Positions 39,789 to 48,762 of a stretch of 64,000 bases of DNA are shown in pieces. A program made the translations under genes and the position numbers. Each line of letters begins with the position of its first letter. Within the stretch, counting starts at the first letter, position 1. This stretch comes from Actinomycetota bacterium (lineage in GTDB: Bacteria > Actinomycetota > Geothermincolia > Geothermincolales > RBG-13-55-18): contig JASEFK010000001.1 in NCBI GenBank assembly GCA_030019255.1, positions 25,012 to 89,011 of the forward strand. Reading direction: 5' to 3'. Below the pieces are notes generated by a model that saw nothing but the letters and a program-made list of their open reading frames with translations, searched no databases and was not told the DNA's origin.

Positions 39789-40643
39789 ATGGATGCCTTG
39801 AACGTGGTGGAAATCTTTCCCTCCTTCCAGGGCGAAGGATTGCTGGTGGGCGTATCCCAGGTCTTCGTCCGTCTGGGTGGATGCAACCTGAGGTGTTCAT
39901 ATTGCGATACGCCTGAAGCCAGGGGGGAAGCTAAGGCTTGCCGGGTATACGGCAGGGAGGAGTTCCTGGAAACTGTTGCCAACCCGCTGGCCGCCAAGGA
40001 CTTGGCGGGAAAGATCGCCTCCCTCTGGAGTCACGGCATGCACTCGGTGAGCCTAACCGGCGGTGAGCCCCTGCTGCAGGTAGAGGGCCTTGCGGATCTG
40101 CTGCCGCTCCTGAGGGATGGGGGGATGGCCATCTACTTGGAGACCAACGGGACCCTTCCCGCCGAGCTGGAGAAGATAATCCCCTGGGTGGACTGGATAG
40201 CCATGGACCTCAAGCTTCCCTATTCCCAGGAAGGGAAGGATTTTCTGGATGACCACAGGGAGTTCCTGCGCCTGGCCTCCCGCCGCAAGGTCTTCCTCAA
40301 GGTAGTGGTGGAGGAGGACACCCCGGAAGAGGAACTGGAGAAGTTCTGCCGGGGAACGGCCGAGGTGAACCGGGACGTACCCCTGGTTTTGCAGCCGAAA
40401 AGTGTACTCGCAGAGGGAGGGCGGTTGAAAACCGGATCCCGTGAAGGGACCGGGCAGGCACCGAGAGGGGAGAAAAAGACCGGCGCCGGCAGGCGCCTGC
40501 AGGAGTCCGGCAGGGATTATCGGTGGGGCTGGAGAGTGGGGATAAGTCCGACACGGGCGGGCCGCCTACAAGCCATCGCATCTGCCTATTTCCGTGAAGT
40601 CAGGGTCATACCCCAGCTCCACCGCGCCTGGGGCATGAGGTAA
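39789..40643 (+). CDS. queE: 7-carboxy-7-deazaguanine synthase (radical SAM)
   Basis: EIFPSFQGEG, FVRLGGCNLRCSYCDT, LTGGEPLLQ, LETNGT, LQP, VRVIPQLH. Confidence 0.92.
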   Translation: MDALNVVEIFPSFQGEGLLVGVSQVFVRLGGCNLRCSYCDTPEARGEAKACRVYGREEFLETVANPLAAKDLAGKIASLWSHGMHSVSLTGGEPLLQVEGLADLLPLLRDGGMAIYLETNGTLPAELEKIIPWVDWIAMDLKLPYSQEGKDFLDDHREFLRLASRRKVFLKVVVEEDTPEEELEKFCRGTAEVNRDVPLVLQPKSVLAEGGRLKTGSREGTGQAPRGEKKTGAGRRLQESGRDYRWGWRVGISPTRAGRLQAIASAYFREVRVIPQLHRAWGMR

Positions 40644-40760
40644 TCTCTTGAGTCCCCGGCATGACCCCGGGAAGGAGACGTCCTCCGGCGCGCATCATGG
40701 GAGCGATGGAGGATCTATGCTATATTCCTCTGCAAGCGATGGACGGGGAGGTTATGGGAG

Positions 40761-41402
40761 ATGGCCCTGGAACATTCTCCGCAGGAGTTGAAGGAAGCCC
40801 GCGAGGCTGCGCTGCGCAAGTTCCGACTGCTGGACCCCTCCTGGATGGCCGCCCGCTCGGGCACCTTCTATTCCTACCCGCGGCGGCTTTTCGTCGTGCC
40901 CTTCTTCGGGGAGAGGTACACTGTCTCCTACCCCGAGGGGTCTGTCTCCCGCGATGACGGAAGCGCCGCCGGGGCCCGGGAGGCGCTCATCATCCTCCAT
41001 TACCTGGTACATGCCGACGGGACCCGGGTGTGCGGCCGGTGGATAGCCTACCGGGACCTTCCGGGAGCCCGCTATCATGAACCGGCCTTCGCGACCGAGG
41101 TGGAGAGGCCCCTGTCCCTGGGTCTGGCCGGCCGACTGGAGGCCCTGAGGGCGTGGGCTGCAACCGCGGCCCGGCAGGTGGACCTCCCGGGGGACATCTC
41201 CGCCGCCTGGGATGTCCTACCTCGGGTTCCCCTGCTCCTGGTCTTCAACGAGGCTGACGAGGAGTTCCCCGCCTCGGCGCGGATCTTCTTTGACGCCACC
41301 GCTCCCAATTATCTGCCCACCGAGGACCTTTCCGTGCTGGCGGAGATAGCCGCCCTGCGCATACTGGAGAGTGTGGGCGCCCTGGGAGGAGGAAGAGGTT
41401 AG
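40761..41402 (+). CDS. DUF3786 family protein
   Basis: LIILHYL, WIAYRDLPG, LPRVPLLLVF.EADEEFPASARIFFD...YLPTED (from memory); upstream TGcTATATT extended -10 at 40718-40726. Confidence 0.75.
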   Translation: MALEHSPQELKEAREAALRKFRLLDPSWMAARSGTFYSYPRRLFVVPFFGERYTVSYPEGSVSRDDGSAAGAREALIILHYLVHADGTRVCGRWIAYRDLPGARYHEPAFATEVERPLSLGLAGRLEALRAWAATAARQVDLPGDISAAWDVLPRVPLLLVFNEADEEFPASARIFFDATAPNYLPTEDLSVLAEIAALRILESVGALGGGRG

Positions 41403-41636
41403 GGTCGCCGGTGGGGCACACGACCATCCCGGTGGCTGGAATATCCTGGTGACCGGTTTTCGTGCTTAAACGACTTGGCTAAAGCCCAAGCGATTGATGA
41501 GGACGCCAGCTGTTCAAGGCCGGGGACATAGGGTATTATTAAGGGCAAGTTATCATTTTACGAAAGCGCGGAGGAGGTTGGTAGCACACGGCGAACGGGT
41601 GAGCTTGGTTTGGTGTGTGCGGCGGCGATGGACGGC

Positions 41637-42137
41637 ATGACACGGGTACTGGTTCTGAACGCTTCCTATCAGCCCCTTAACCTGGTGAACCTCAGGAGGG
41701 CGGTGGTCCTGGTCCTCAAGAAGAAGGCGGAGATCATCGAAGAGGGGGAGGGGACCCTGCGTTCGGAGAAGCTGACCATGCCCTTTCCCACGGTTATCCG
41801 GCTGGCCCATTATGTGCGCGTGCCCTACCGTTCCGTGGCCCTGAGCCGCCGCGCCGTCTTCGCCCGAGACAACCACACCTGCCAGTATTGCGGGGGAAGG
41901 GCGGAGAGCATCGACCACGTGGTGCCGCGCAGCCGGGGTGGGGAGCACACCTGGGAAAACGTGGTGGCCGCCTGTCGGAAATGCAACACTCGCAAGATGA
42001 ACCGCCTGCCCGCCGAGGCGGGCCTGAAGCTGCTGCGCAAGCCCTTCGAGCCGCACGATCACATCTGGTTCCTGGCCCTGGCGGGGGATATACACCCCAC
42101 CTGGGAACCCTACCTGGACACGGCCATGGTGGGATGA
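41637..42137 (+). CDS. Stand-alone HNH endonuclease
   Basis: VLVLNASYQPL, RDNHTCQYCG, IDHVVPRSRGG..WENVVAAC.KCN. Confidence 0.9.
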   Translation: MTRVLVLNASYQPLNLVNLRRAVVLVLKKKAEIIEEGEGTLRSEKLTMPFPTVIRLAHYVRVPYRSVALSRRAVFARDNHTCQYCGGRAESIDHVVPRSRGGEHTWENVVAACRKCNTRKMNRLPAEAGLKLLRKPFEPHDHIWFLALAGDIHPTWEPYLDTAMVG

Positions 42138-43156
42138 TCTCCTCGGACTTCGATTACGCTGGGCTGGTGAACCCCATAAGGGACGACATAATCCATATCG
42201 ACATACCCATCCCCCACGTCCTCCGCAACGTGAACCTCTACCTCTTCCTGGGAAGGGAGCCGGCCCTCATCGACGCGGGGCCCTTCCACCCCCTGCTGGC
42301 GGAGGTGGTGGAGGGGGCCCTCAGATACGCAGGGGTCCGCCGGCTGTCCCGCCTTTACCTCACCCATTCCCACATCGATCACTTCGGTCTGGCGGAGAGG
42401 ATACGGCGCTCCACCGGCGCGGTAGTGGTGGCGCACCGGGAGGAGGCGCCGCGCATCGAGAGGGTCCGCAGCCGCCTAAGGCGCGAGTATTGCTGCTATG
42501 CCGACCTGAGTGCCGCGCTCGGCTTCCCCAAGGAGTTTTCGGATGCCATTTTCTCCCTCGCCCACCGGTGGATAGAGCTCTCTGAACCCTGCCCCCTGGG
42601 ACTGAAGCTCAAGGGAGGGGAAACGGTTCCGGCGGGCGATCGTCTCCTCGAGGTGGTGCATACCCCGGGACATACCGCCGGTCACCTCTGCTTTTACGAA
42701 CGCGAAGAGGGCCTCCTCTTCTCGGGCGACCACCTCATGCGCTCCATCACGCCCAACCCGGAGCTCTACTGCCCGCCGCGGCGCGGCCGCCTCACCGGCC
42801 TCCCCCAGTTCATCGCTTCCCTCGAGCGCCTCAGGGAACTGCCCGTGGATACGGCCTATCCAGGGCACGGCCGACCCATAGGGAAGGTGAGGAGGAGGAT
42901 AGATTTCAACATCCTCCACCACCGCAAGAGGCTGGAAAAGACGGAAGAGGCGGTGTTGGAGGGCGGGCGCACGGTGTGGGAGGTGGCCCTGAGCCTCTTT
43001 CCGCAGGTGCGGGACAAGCCTCCGGATGTGGACCACTTCCTGGCCCTGAAGGAGGCCCTGGGCCACCTGCTCATCCTGGAGGAGGGAGGAAGGGTGAGAC
43101 GCCGGGAAACGGACGGCGTGTGGAGGTTCGAACCCGCCCCCGTTCGGCCTGATTGA
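42134..43156 (+). CDS. MBL-fold metallo-hydrolase
   Basis: LTHSHIDHFG, HTPGHT, FSGDH, YPGHG. Confidence 0.9.
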   Translation: MISSDFDYAGLVNPIRDDIIHIDIPIPHVLRNVNLYLFLGREPALIDAGPFHPLLAEVVEGALRYAGVRRLSRLYLTHSHIDHFGLAERIRRSTGAVVVAHREEAPRIERVRSRLRREYCCYADLSAALGFPKEFSDAIFSLAHRWIELSEPCPLGLKLKGGETVPAGDRLLEVVHTPGHTAGHLCFYEREEGLLFSGDHLMRSITPNPELYCPPRRGRLTGLPQFIASLERLRELPVDTAYPGHGRPIGKVRRRIDFNILHHRKRLEKTEEAVLEGGRTVWEVALSLFPQVRDKPPDVDHFLALKEALGHLLILEEGGRVRRRETDGVWRFEPAPVRPD

Positions 43157-43181
43157 AAAGGAACCCCGGGGTTGATAATAT
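43153..43181 (+). promoter_or_regulatory. Sigma70-type promoter for tRNA-Arg
   Basis: TTGAAA-N17-TAATAT with extended TG. Confidence 0.6.
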
Positions 43182-43206
43182 TTTGGTGGCGTTCGAGGAT
43201 GACGGT

Positions 43207-43281
43207 GCCCTTGTAGCTCAGCGGATAGAGCAGTGGCCTCCGGAGCCACGTGCGGGAGTTCGAATCTCCCCAAGGGCACCA
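43207..43281 (+). tRNA. tRNA-Arg (anticodon CCG)
   Basis: Acceptor GCCCTTG/CAAGGGC, D arm GCTC/GAGC, anticodon arm GTGGC-CTCCGGA-GCCAC, T arm GGGAG-TTCGAAT-CTCCC, encoded CCA. Confidence 0.96.
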
Positions 43282-43300
43282 TTTTTTACGGGGGAGGGAC

Positions 43301-43867
43301 TTGTCCGAGTCGACGCGCTGCTTTAACTGCAGCAAGGAGATCCCCGTAGGGGTGGAGAGGTGTCCCGTCTGCGGATTCGCGCTTTCCGGGGGCCGCATAG
43401 AAGCCATCAAGGAGGCCACCGAGCTCAACTCCCGGGCCCAGCTGCATGATTCGAGGGGCGAGTACGGCGAATCCATTCCCATGTACCGGCGCGCGGTGAA
43501 GCTTTACCCGGAATTCGTTGTGGCCTGGTATAACCTGGGAGTGGCCCTAGGAAAGGCGGGACGTCACGAGGAAGCCATGGAGCCCTTGAGCCGGGCCATC
43601 GCCCTGAAGCCGGATTTCGCCGCCGCTTATACGGCCCGCGGCGACGTGCGCGCTTCCGCCGGCGACCACGCTTCGGCCGTGGAAGATTATTCCATGGCTA
43701 TCGAGCTCTACCCGGATTACGCCCAGGCCTATTACAAGAGGGCCCTGGCCTGGATGGAGCTGGGAAAGACGGAGGAAGCAGCACAGGATCTCGAGGACTA
43801 CCTCTTCTACAAGCCCCACGATAAGAGGGCGCGCCGGCGCCTGGAGAGCTTGAAGGGGGGTGGGTGA
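43301..43867 (+). CDS. Zinc-ribbon plus TPR repeat protein
   Basis: CFNC...CPVCG, then TPR units (AWYNLGVAL, AYTARGDV, AYYKRALA). Confidence 0.85.
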   Translation: MSESTRCFNCSKEIPVGVERCPVCGFALSGGRIEAIKEATELNSRAQLHDSRGEYGESIPMYRRAVKLYPEFVVAWYNLGVALGKAGRHEEAMEPLSRAIALKPDFAAAYTARGDVRASAGDHASAVEDYSMAIELYPDYAQAYYKRALAWMELGKTEEAAQDLEDYLFYKPHDKRARRRLESLKGGG

Positions 43868-44096
43868 AATCATGCAGGATACGCAGGCTTTCATGTCCTT
43901 GCTGAGCGCCCGCGAGGGTGGCGAGCTCATGGTGTGGACCAGGGGAGGACATTACTTCCGTGGGAACTTGGAAAAGGTGGATGAAACAGGGCTTCTGGTG
44001 CTCAGGGACGTGAGCTGCACCCTGGCCGGCGAGAGGCAGGAAAGGGAAAAAGTTTACCTCTCCCCCGAGGCCGTGGATGCCGTTTCCTGGGAGTGA
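43860..44096 (+). CDS. Small protein with Sm/LSm-like signature
   Basis: ELMVWTRGGHYFRGNLEKVDETGLLVLRDV resembles the Sm1 pattern; overlaps the upstream TPR gene. Confidence 0.55.
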   Translation: MGEIMQDTQAFMSLLSAREGGELMVWTRGGHYFRGNLEKVDETGLLVLRDVSCTLAGERQEREKVYLSPEAVDAVSWE

Positions 44097-44161
44097 TTTC
44101 TCGGAGGTCTCACGCCTCTCGGAAAGCGGAGGCGACAGTCCGCATGCCCCGGCGTCCACCC

Positions 44162-44821
44162 TCAACCCAGGCGCTTCTTCAACTGCACGTAGTTCAGCTG
44201 GAGGTTGGCTAGGGTACCGCGGAAGGGTTTAAGGCTGTCCTCCGGAATCTTGCCCTCCGCGCCCTTGATCATGGCCTCTAGCATGTCTATGGCCAGCAGG
44301 GCCTGGGAAAGGTCCCGGTACTTGAGGTTCACGCTCTCCGGAAGGCCCATCTTCAGGTAACCCAGGCTGGCAAACTGATTCATCACCGTGAGGGTTACCT
44401 CTGCCACGGTGACCCGTTCCAGGCTTTCCTCCACCAGGCGGCGGAACTCCTCCTCGCCCATCTCCTTCTTTTCGGCTTCACCCGGGGAGGAAGCCGTTTT
44501 TCCCTCCGTCATCTCCGTCTCCCTGGGCGCCGTCTCGCTTTCGCCTGGTGCCGCGCTTACCCCTTTTTCTTGCTCCGGAGGAGATGTGGCATCCTCCACC
44601 TTCTCCCGCTTCGCCCTTGCGGCCGCGACGCCCTTCCCCTGCGGGCCGCTCCGGCCCCCACCACGGGTCCGCCCCGCGGCCCCCCCGGCCTCTTTCCCGC
44701 CGGCCTTTCCCGATACGGAAGATGAAGTGGTATCCGCTCCTTCCCCGAGGGAATTGGCGCCCTCGTCGCTCGAGGACTTCTCCATCCGCTTATCCCTCTT
44801 CTCCTCGGTCATGGTCCCCAC
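44162..44821 (-). CDS. DUF1844-like protein with a long low-complexity N-terminus
   Basis: C-terminal LGYLKMG..DLSQALLAIDML..LANLQLNYV (from memory). Confidence 0.7.
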   Translation of the reverse strand: MGTMTEEKRDKRMEKSSSDEGANSLGEGADTTSSSVSGKAGGKEAGGAAGRTRGGGRSGPQGKGVAAARAKREKVEDATSPPEQEKGVSAAPGESETAPRETEMTEGKTASSPGEAEKKEMGEEEFRRLVEESLERVTVAEVTLTVMNQFASLGYLKMGLPESVNLKYRDLSQALLAIDMLEAMIKGAEGKIPEDSLKPFRGTLANLQLNYVQLKKRLG

Positions 44822-45128
44822 GCTCCTTTCGGTATTTATTATAGACGACGCCCGGGATCGCTCTCCTTATCACCAGGACATAACGGGAATTTATCCCGGG
44901 GCTGAACTCCGAACTCTAGCTGTAAGGCACCCTTGCCAGGGTATGCAGTCCGCGACCACGGATTCTCCCTTCCCGGCATCGGTGTTATCAATCATGGCAT
45001 GACGGAGCTTATGGTGGTAAGATGAAAGGCACAAAATGAAGATGTGACCGGAAAGAAAGCACCGGAGCGCCTTTTCGCCAGGCGAGCGCATCGGGCCTCA
45101 AGGCCCGGAGAGGTACCTTGAAAATGTT

Positions 45129-45211
45129 GCCATGTAGGGGTGCTCCCGAGCGGGGGCTGAGAGCATACCCTTGGAACCTGATCTGGGTAATGCCAGCGAA
45201 GGGAACATGGC
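45129..45211 (+). ncRNA. TPP riboswitch
   Basis: P1 GCCATGT/ACATGGC; GGGGTGC, GCTGAGA, ACCC..GAACCTGATCTGGGTAATGCCAGCGAAGGGA; directly upstream of thiamine genes. Confidence 0.95.
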
Positions 45212-45235
45212 CGGACGGTATGGGAGATACTATTC

Positions 45236-45275
45236 GCGCCGCTTACCCCCTTCGGGTGGCGGCGCTTCGATTATT
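45236..45275 (+). terminator. Candidate expression-platform terminator of the TPP riboswitch
   Basis: GCGCCGC..ACCC/GGGT..GCGGCGC hairpin followed by TTCGATTATT (weak U tract). Confidence 0.4.
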
Positions 45276-45493
45276 CGGAGGTTTATATCGACCGGACGTC
45301 ATGGAGCGAAGGGAAGGTGAAGAGGGCGGGCGCCGGCGGACGCGTGGCAGGCGCGAGCCTCAAGGCGGAGAGGCACGACCCGGATTCAAGGTGCCACGAT
45401 GCGAGGAGGCGCACGGCAGGAGAATTATTGCAGGAGAATTATTGTCGGTGGACTGAAGAATTGTCGGCGGACGTGAAGGATGAAGGAGGTGCC

Positions 45494-46285
45494 ATGGCCA
45501 TCGAGGAGACCACCATAACTGCCCTGATCACCCGCTCCTTCTGCGAGGATTTCCTGGTCGACTTGGAGCTGGACGTGGCCGTCGCCGGAGCGGGGCCGGC
45601 GGGGATAACCGCCGCCCGCTATCTCTCCCGGGCGGGGCTGAGGACGGCCGTCTTCGAGAGGAACCTCTACGTGGGAGGAGGGATGTGGGGAGGCGGAATG
45701 CTCTTTCCCCGCATCGTGGTTCAGGAGGAGGCCGCGCCCATACTGGAGGAAGCGGGAGTTGCGCTTAAGCCCGCGGATTCGGGGCTCTACGTGGCGGACT
45801 CCGTGGAGGCGGTTTCCTGCTGCACCGCCGCCGCCCTGCATGCCGGGGCCCGCATCTGGGTGGGCATGGGGGTGGAGGACCTGGTGCTCCGCGAGGACGA
45901 CCGGGTGTGCGGGGTGGTCCTCAACTGGATGGCCGTGGAGAGAGCCGGGCTGCACGTAGATCCCATGGCCGTGAGGTCTAGGCTGGTCATCGATGCCACC
46001 GGCCACGACGCCGAGGTCTGCCGAACCCTGCTGCGCAAGGTGCCCGGGCTTCGCCTTCCCACGGAATCGGGGGGAGTGATGGGCGAGAGGCCCATGTGGG
46101 CGGCGAAGGGTGAGGAGGCCCTGGTGGGCAACACGCGGGAGGTCCACCCGGGTCTCATCGTGGCCGGGATGACCGCCAACGCCGTCTTTGGTTCCCACCG
46201 CATGGGGGCCGTGTTCGGGGGCATGCTCCTTTCTGGCCGGAGGGCCGCGGAACTGGCCCTCGAACTCCTGGGTTCGAAAGGTTGA
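45494..46285 (+). CDS. thi4: Thi4-type thiazole synthase (His-type, sulfide-dependent)
   Basis: VAGAGPAG, GGGMWGGG, LHVDP, IDATGH, GMTANA, RMGAVFGGMLLSG. Confidence 0.93.
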   Translation: MAIEETTITALITRSFCEDFLVDLELDVAVAGAGPAGITAARYLSRAGLRTAVFERNLYVGGGMWGGGMLFPRIVVQEEAAPILEEAGVALKPADSGLYVADSVEAVSCCTAAALHAGARIWVGMGVEDLVLREDDRVCGVVLNWMAVERAGLHVDPMAVRSRLVIDATGHDAEVCRTLLRKVPGLRLPTESGGVMGERPMWAAKGEEALVGNTREVHPGLIVAGMTANAVFGSHRMGAVFGGMLLSGRRAAELALELLGSKG

Positions 46286-46411
46286 AACACGGGTGGTTCG
46301 CTCTCCACGAAGGCGGGGACGATTACTCGGCCCTCGCGGGAGGGAAGGATGGCAGTCCGGACGGGTACCGCTTACGGCGCACGTGGGATGGTCGGGAGGT
46401 CCTGGTAGAGA

Positions 46412-47074
46412 ATGGCAGCCGGACTGAAGGAAGAAAGAGGGCTCGAACTGGGCCTCTACGTCATAACCGCCGCCGACGCCGGTAGGGGAAGGGATCACAT
46501 CGACGTGGTGCGCGCCGCCCTCGCCGGCGGGGCGGACGCCGTGCAGCTGCGGGACAAGGAAGCGGCGGGTGGCGAGCTCTATCGGCTGGCCCTCGAGGCG
46601 CTGGAGCTGGTAAGGGAGAGCGGCGGAGGCCCGCTCTTCCTGGTCAACGACCGGGTGGACGTGGCCCTGGCGGCGGGAGCCGACGGCGTCCACCTGGGGC
46701 AGGAAGACCTGCCGGCTTCCGTGGCTCGGAACATCCTGGGAGCGGGGGCCGTTCTGGGTGTCTCGGCGGGCTCGGTGGAGGAGGCCCTGGCCGCGGAGAG
46801 GGAGGGAGCCGATTACCTGGGGGTGGGGCCGGTATTTCCCACCCCCAGCAAGCCGGACGCTGGGGAGCCCCTGGGCCTGGAGGGCCTGCGGGCCATACGC
46901 CGGGCGGTGGGCCTTCCCCTGGTAGCCATCGGAGGCATAAACGAGGAGAACCTGGAAGGGGTGTTCGAGGCCGGGGCGGATGGCATCGCGGTCATCTCCG
47001 CCGTGGCCTCCGCCTGGGACATGGAGGAGGCGGTAAGGCGGTTGCGCCGGGCCGTGGACGCTTGCCGCGGATGA
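46412..47074 (+). CDS. thiE: Thiamine-phosphate synthase
   Basis: VQLRDK, VNDRVD, GVHLGQED, GPVFPTPSK, AIGGI. Confidence 0.95.
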   Translation: MAAGLKEERGLELGLYVITAADAGRGRDHIDVVRAALAGGADAVQLRDKEAAGGELYRLALEALELVRESGGGPLFLVNDRVDVALAAGADGVHLGQEDLPASVARNILGAGAVLGVSAGSVEEALAAEREGADYLGVGPVFPTPSKPDAGEPLGLEGLRAIRRAVGLPLVAIGGINEENLEGVFEAGADGIAVISAVASAWDMEEAVRRLRRAVDACRG

Positions 47075-47108
47075 AGGTCCGACCGGTCCGGGAAGATGCC
47101 CTACAGCG

Positions 47109-48455
47109 ATGGACCCCCTCGGGGGGAAGGAGAGTAAGCCGATGGACGAGAAGACCTTGATCGAGGAACTGCGAAGGGGAGATATCCCGCCCGCCCTGGA
47201 GAGGGCGGCCCGCGAGGAGGGGCTGCCCCTGGAGGAGGTGATCCGGGCCGTGACCGGGGGCACGGCGGTATTTCCCTCCAACCGGGCTCGCACGCCGGAA
47301 CGACCCTGCATCATCGGTGGCGGGTCGCGGGTGAAGGTCAACGCCAACCTGGGAACCTCCAGCGATTACGCGGGCCTGGAAGAGGAGCTGGAGAAGCTGC
47401 GCGCCGCGGTGGAGGCGGGGACGGACGCGGTCATGGACCTCTCCACGGGAGGACCCCTGGACCGCGTGCGCGAGGCCATAGTGAACGCCTCCCCGGTCCC
47501 GGTGGGCTCGGTGCCCATCTACCAGGCGGCGGTGCGGGCCCAGGAGGAACGTGGGAGCATAGTGGCCATGACTCCCGAGGACATGTTCCGGGCCGTGGAG
47601 GACCACTGCGCTACGGGGGTAGACTTCATTACCGTCCACTGCGGGGTCACCCAGCGGGTCCTGGAGACCCTGAAGGCTAACCCGCGGGTGGCGGATATCG
47701 TCAGCCGCGGCGGCGCCTTCCTGGCCGGCTGGATGCTCCATCACGAGAAGGAGAATCCCTTGTATGAGCACTTCGACCGCCTGCTGGAGATCGCCCGCCG
47801 CCACGAGGTCACCCTTTCCCTTGGCGACGGGCTGCGGCCGGGGTGCATCGAGGACGCCACCGACGCCGCCCAGGTGGCGGAGCTGGTAGTGCTGGGAGAG
47901 CTGGTGCAGCGTTGCCGGGAGGCGGGGGTGCAGTGCATGGTCGAGGGTCCGGGACACATCCCCCTGCATCAGGTGGAGGCCAACGTGCGGCTGGCCAAGG
48001 CGGTGACCCACGGGGCCCCCTTCTACGTGCTCGGGCCCCTGGTGACCGACGTGGCGGCCGGACACGACCACGTGGCCGCGGCCATCGGGGGTGCCCTGGC
48101 GGCCATGGCGGGCGCCGATTTCCTGTGCTACGTGACGCCCCGCGAGCATCTCGGCCTTCCCACTGCGGAGGATGTCAAAGAAGGGGTCATCGTAACCCGC
48201 ATCGCCGGCCACGCTGCGGACATAGCCCGCGGCGTTCCGGGGGCCAGGGAGTGGGACCTGCGCATGAGCCGGGCCCGCAAGGCGCTGGACTGGGACCAGC
48301 AGCTCGACCTAGCCCTCGACCGGAGCAAGGCCCGGCGCCTCTTCGGGGAGAGGCAGGTGGAAGGGGAGAAAGCCTGCACCATGTGCGGGGACTTCTGCGC
48401 CATGCGCTTCATCTCCCAGTTCCTGGGAAAGGAGGAGGTCCCGGTCTGCGAGTGA
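47109..48455 (+). CDS. thiC: Phosphomethylpyrimidine synthase
   Basis: KVNANLGTS, MDLSTGG, SRGG, SLGDGLRPG, EGPGH, CYVTPREHLGLP, CTMCGDFCA. Confidence 0.96.
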   Translation: MDPLGGKESKPMDEKTLIEELRRGDIPPALERAAREEGLPLEEVIRAVTGGTAVFPSNRARTPERPCIIGGGSRVKVNANLGTSSDYAGLEEELEKLRAAVEAGTDAVMDLSTGGPLDRVREAIVNASPVPVGSVPIYQAAVRAQEERGSIVAMTPEDMFRAVEDHCATGVDFITVHCGVTQRVLETLKANPRVADIVSRGGAFLAGWMLHHEKENPLYEHFDRLLEIARRHEVTLSLGDGLRPGCIEDATDAAQVAELVVLGELVQRCREAGVQCMVEGPGHIPLHQVEANVRLAKAVTHGAPFYVLGPLVTDVAAGHDHVAAAIGGALAAMAGADFLCYVTPREHLGLPTAEDVKEGVIVTRIAGHAADIARGVPGAREWDLRMSRARKALDWDQQLDLALDRSKARRLFGERQVEGEKACTMCGDFCAMRFISQFLGKEEVPVCE

Positions 48456-48762
48456 GCGCCGCGGGAGCGGAGATGGAAGGTGTTTCCAGGCGCCTTTTTC
48501 GGGGCGGGCGCATGAGGTGCGGTGACCGGGAGCGGTATTCGGTTCGAGCAAGAGGGGCGGAAAGGATTGCCGGTCGCCGGTAACCGTGGGCGAACCGGGT
48601 GCAGGAACCGGGAGCGAGGAATCCGGCCGGGATTTCTTGGGAGATGGGGCAGGTAAGGTCGGCCGGTATCCGCGCGCCAGTGAAGGAACTAAGACCTGCC
48701 GGAGACCTTTCGGGGACTCGCAAGTTCCCTGGCATGCGGCGTTATATCAAAGGTGGTGGAAA

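Noticed and set aside
41637-42137. HNH gene as part of a restriction/defence or DNA deazaguanine (dpd) system
   Set aside because: Common stand-alone HNH type; no dpdA/tgtA5, methylase or helicase partners nearby, and DUF3786 separates it from queE
43207-43281. tRNA-Arg as the attachment site of an island
   Set aside because: No integrase and no duplicated tRNA 3' end seen in the window
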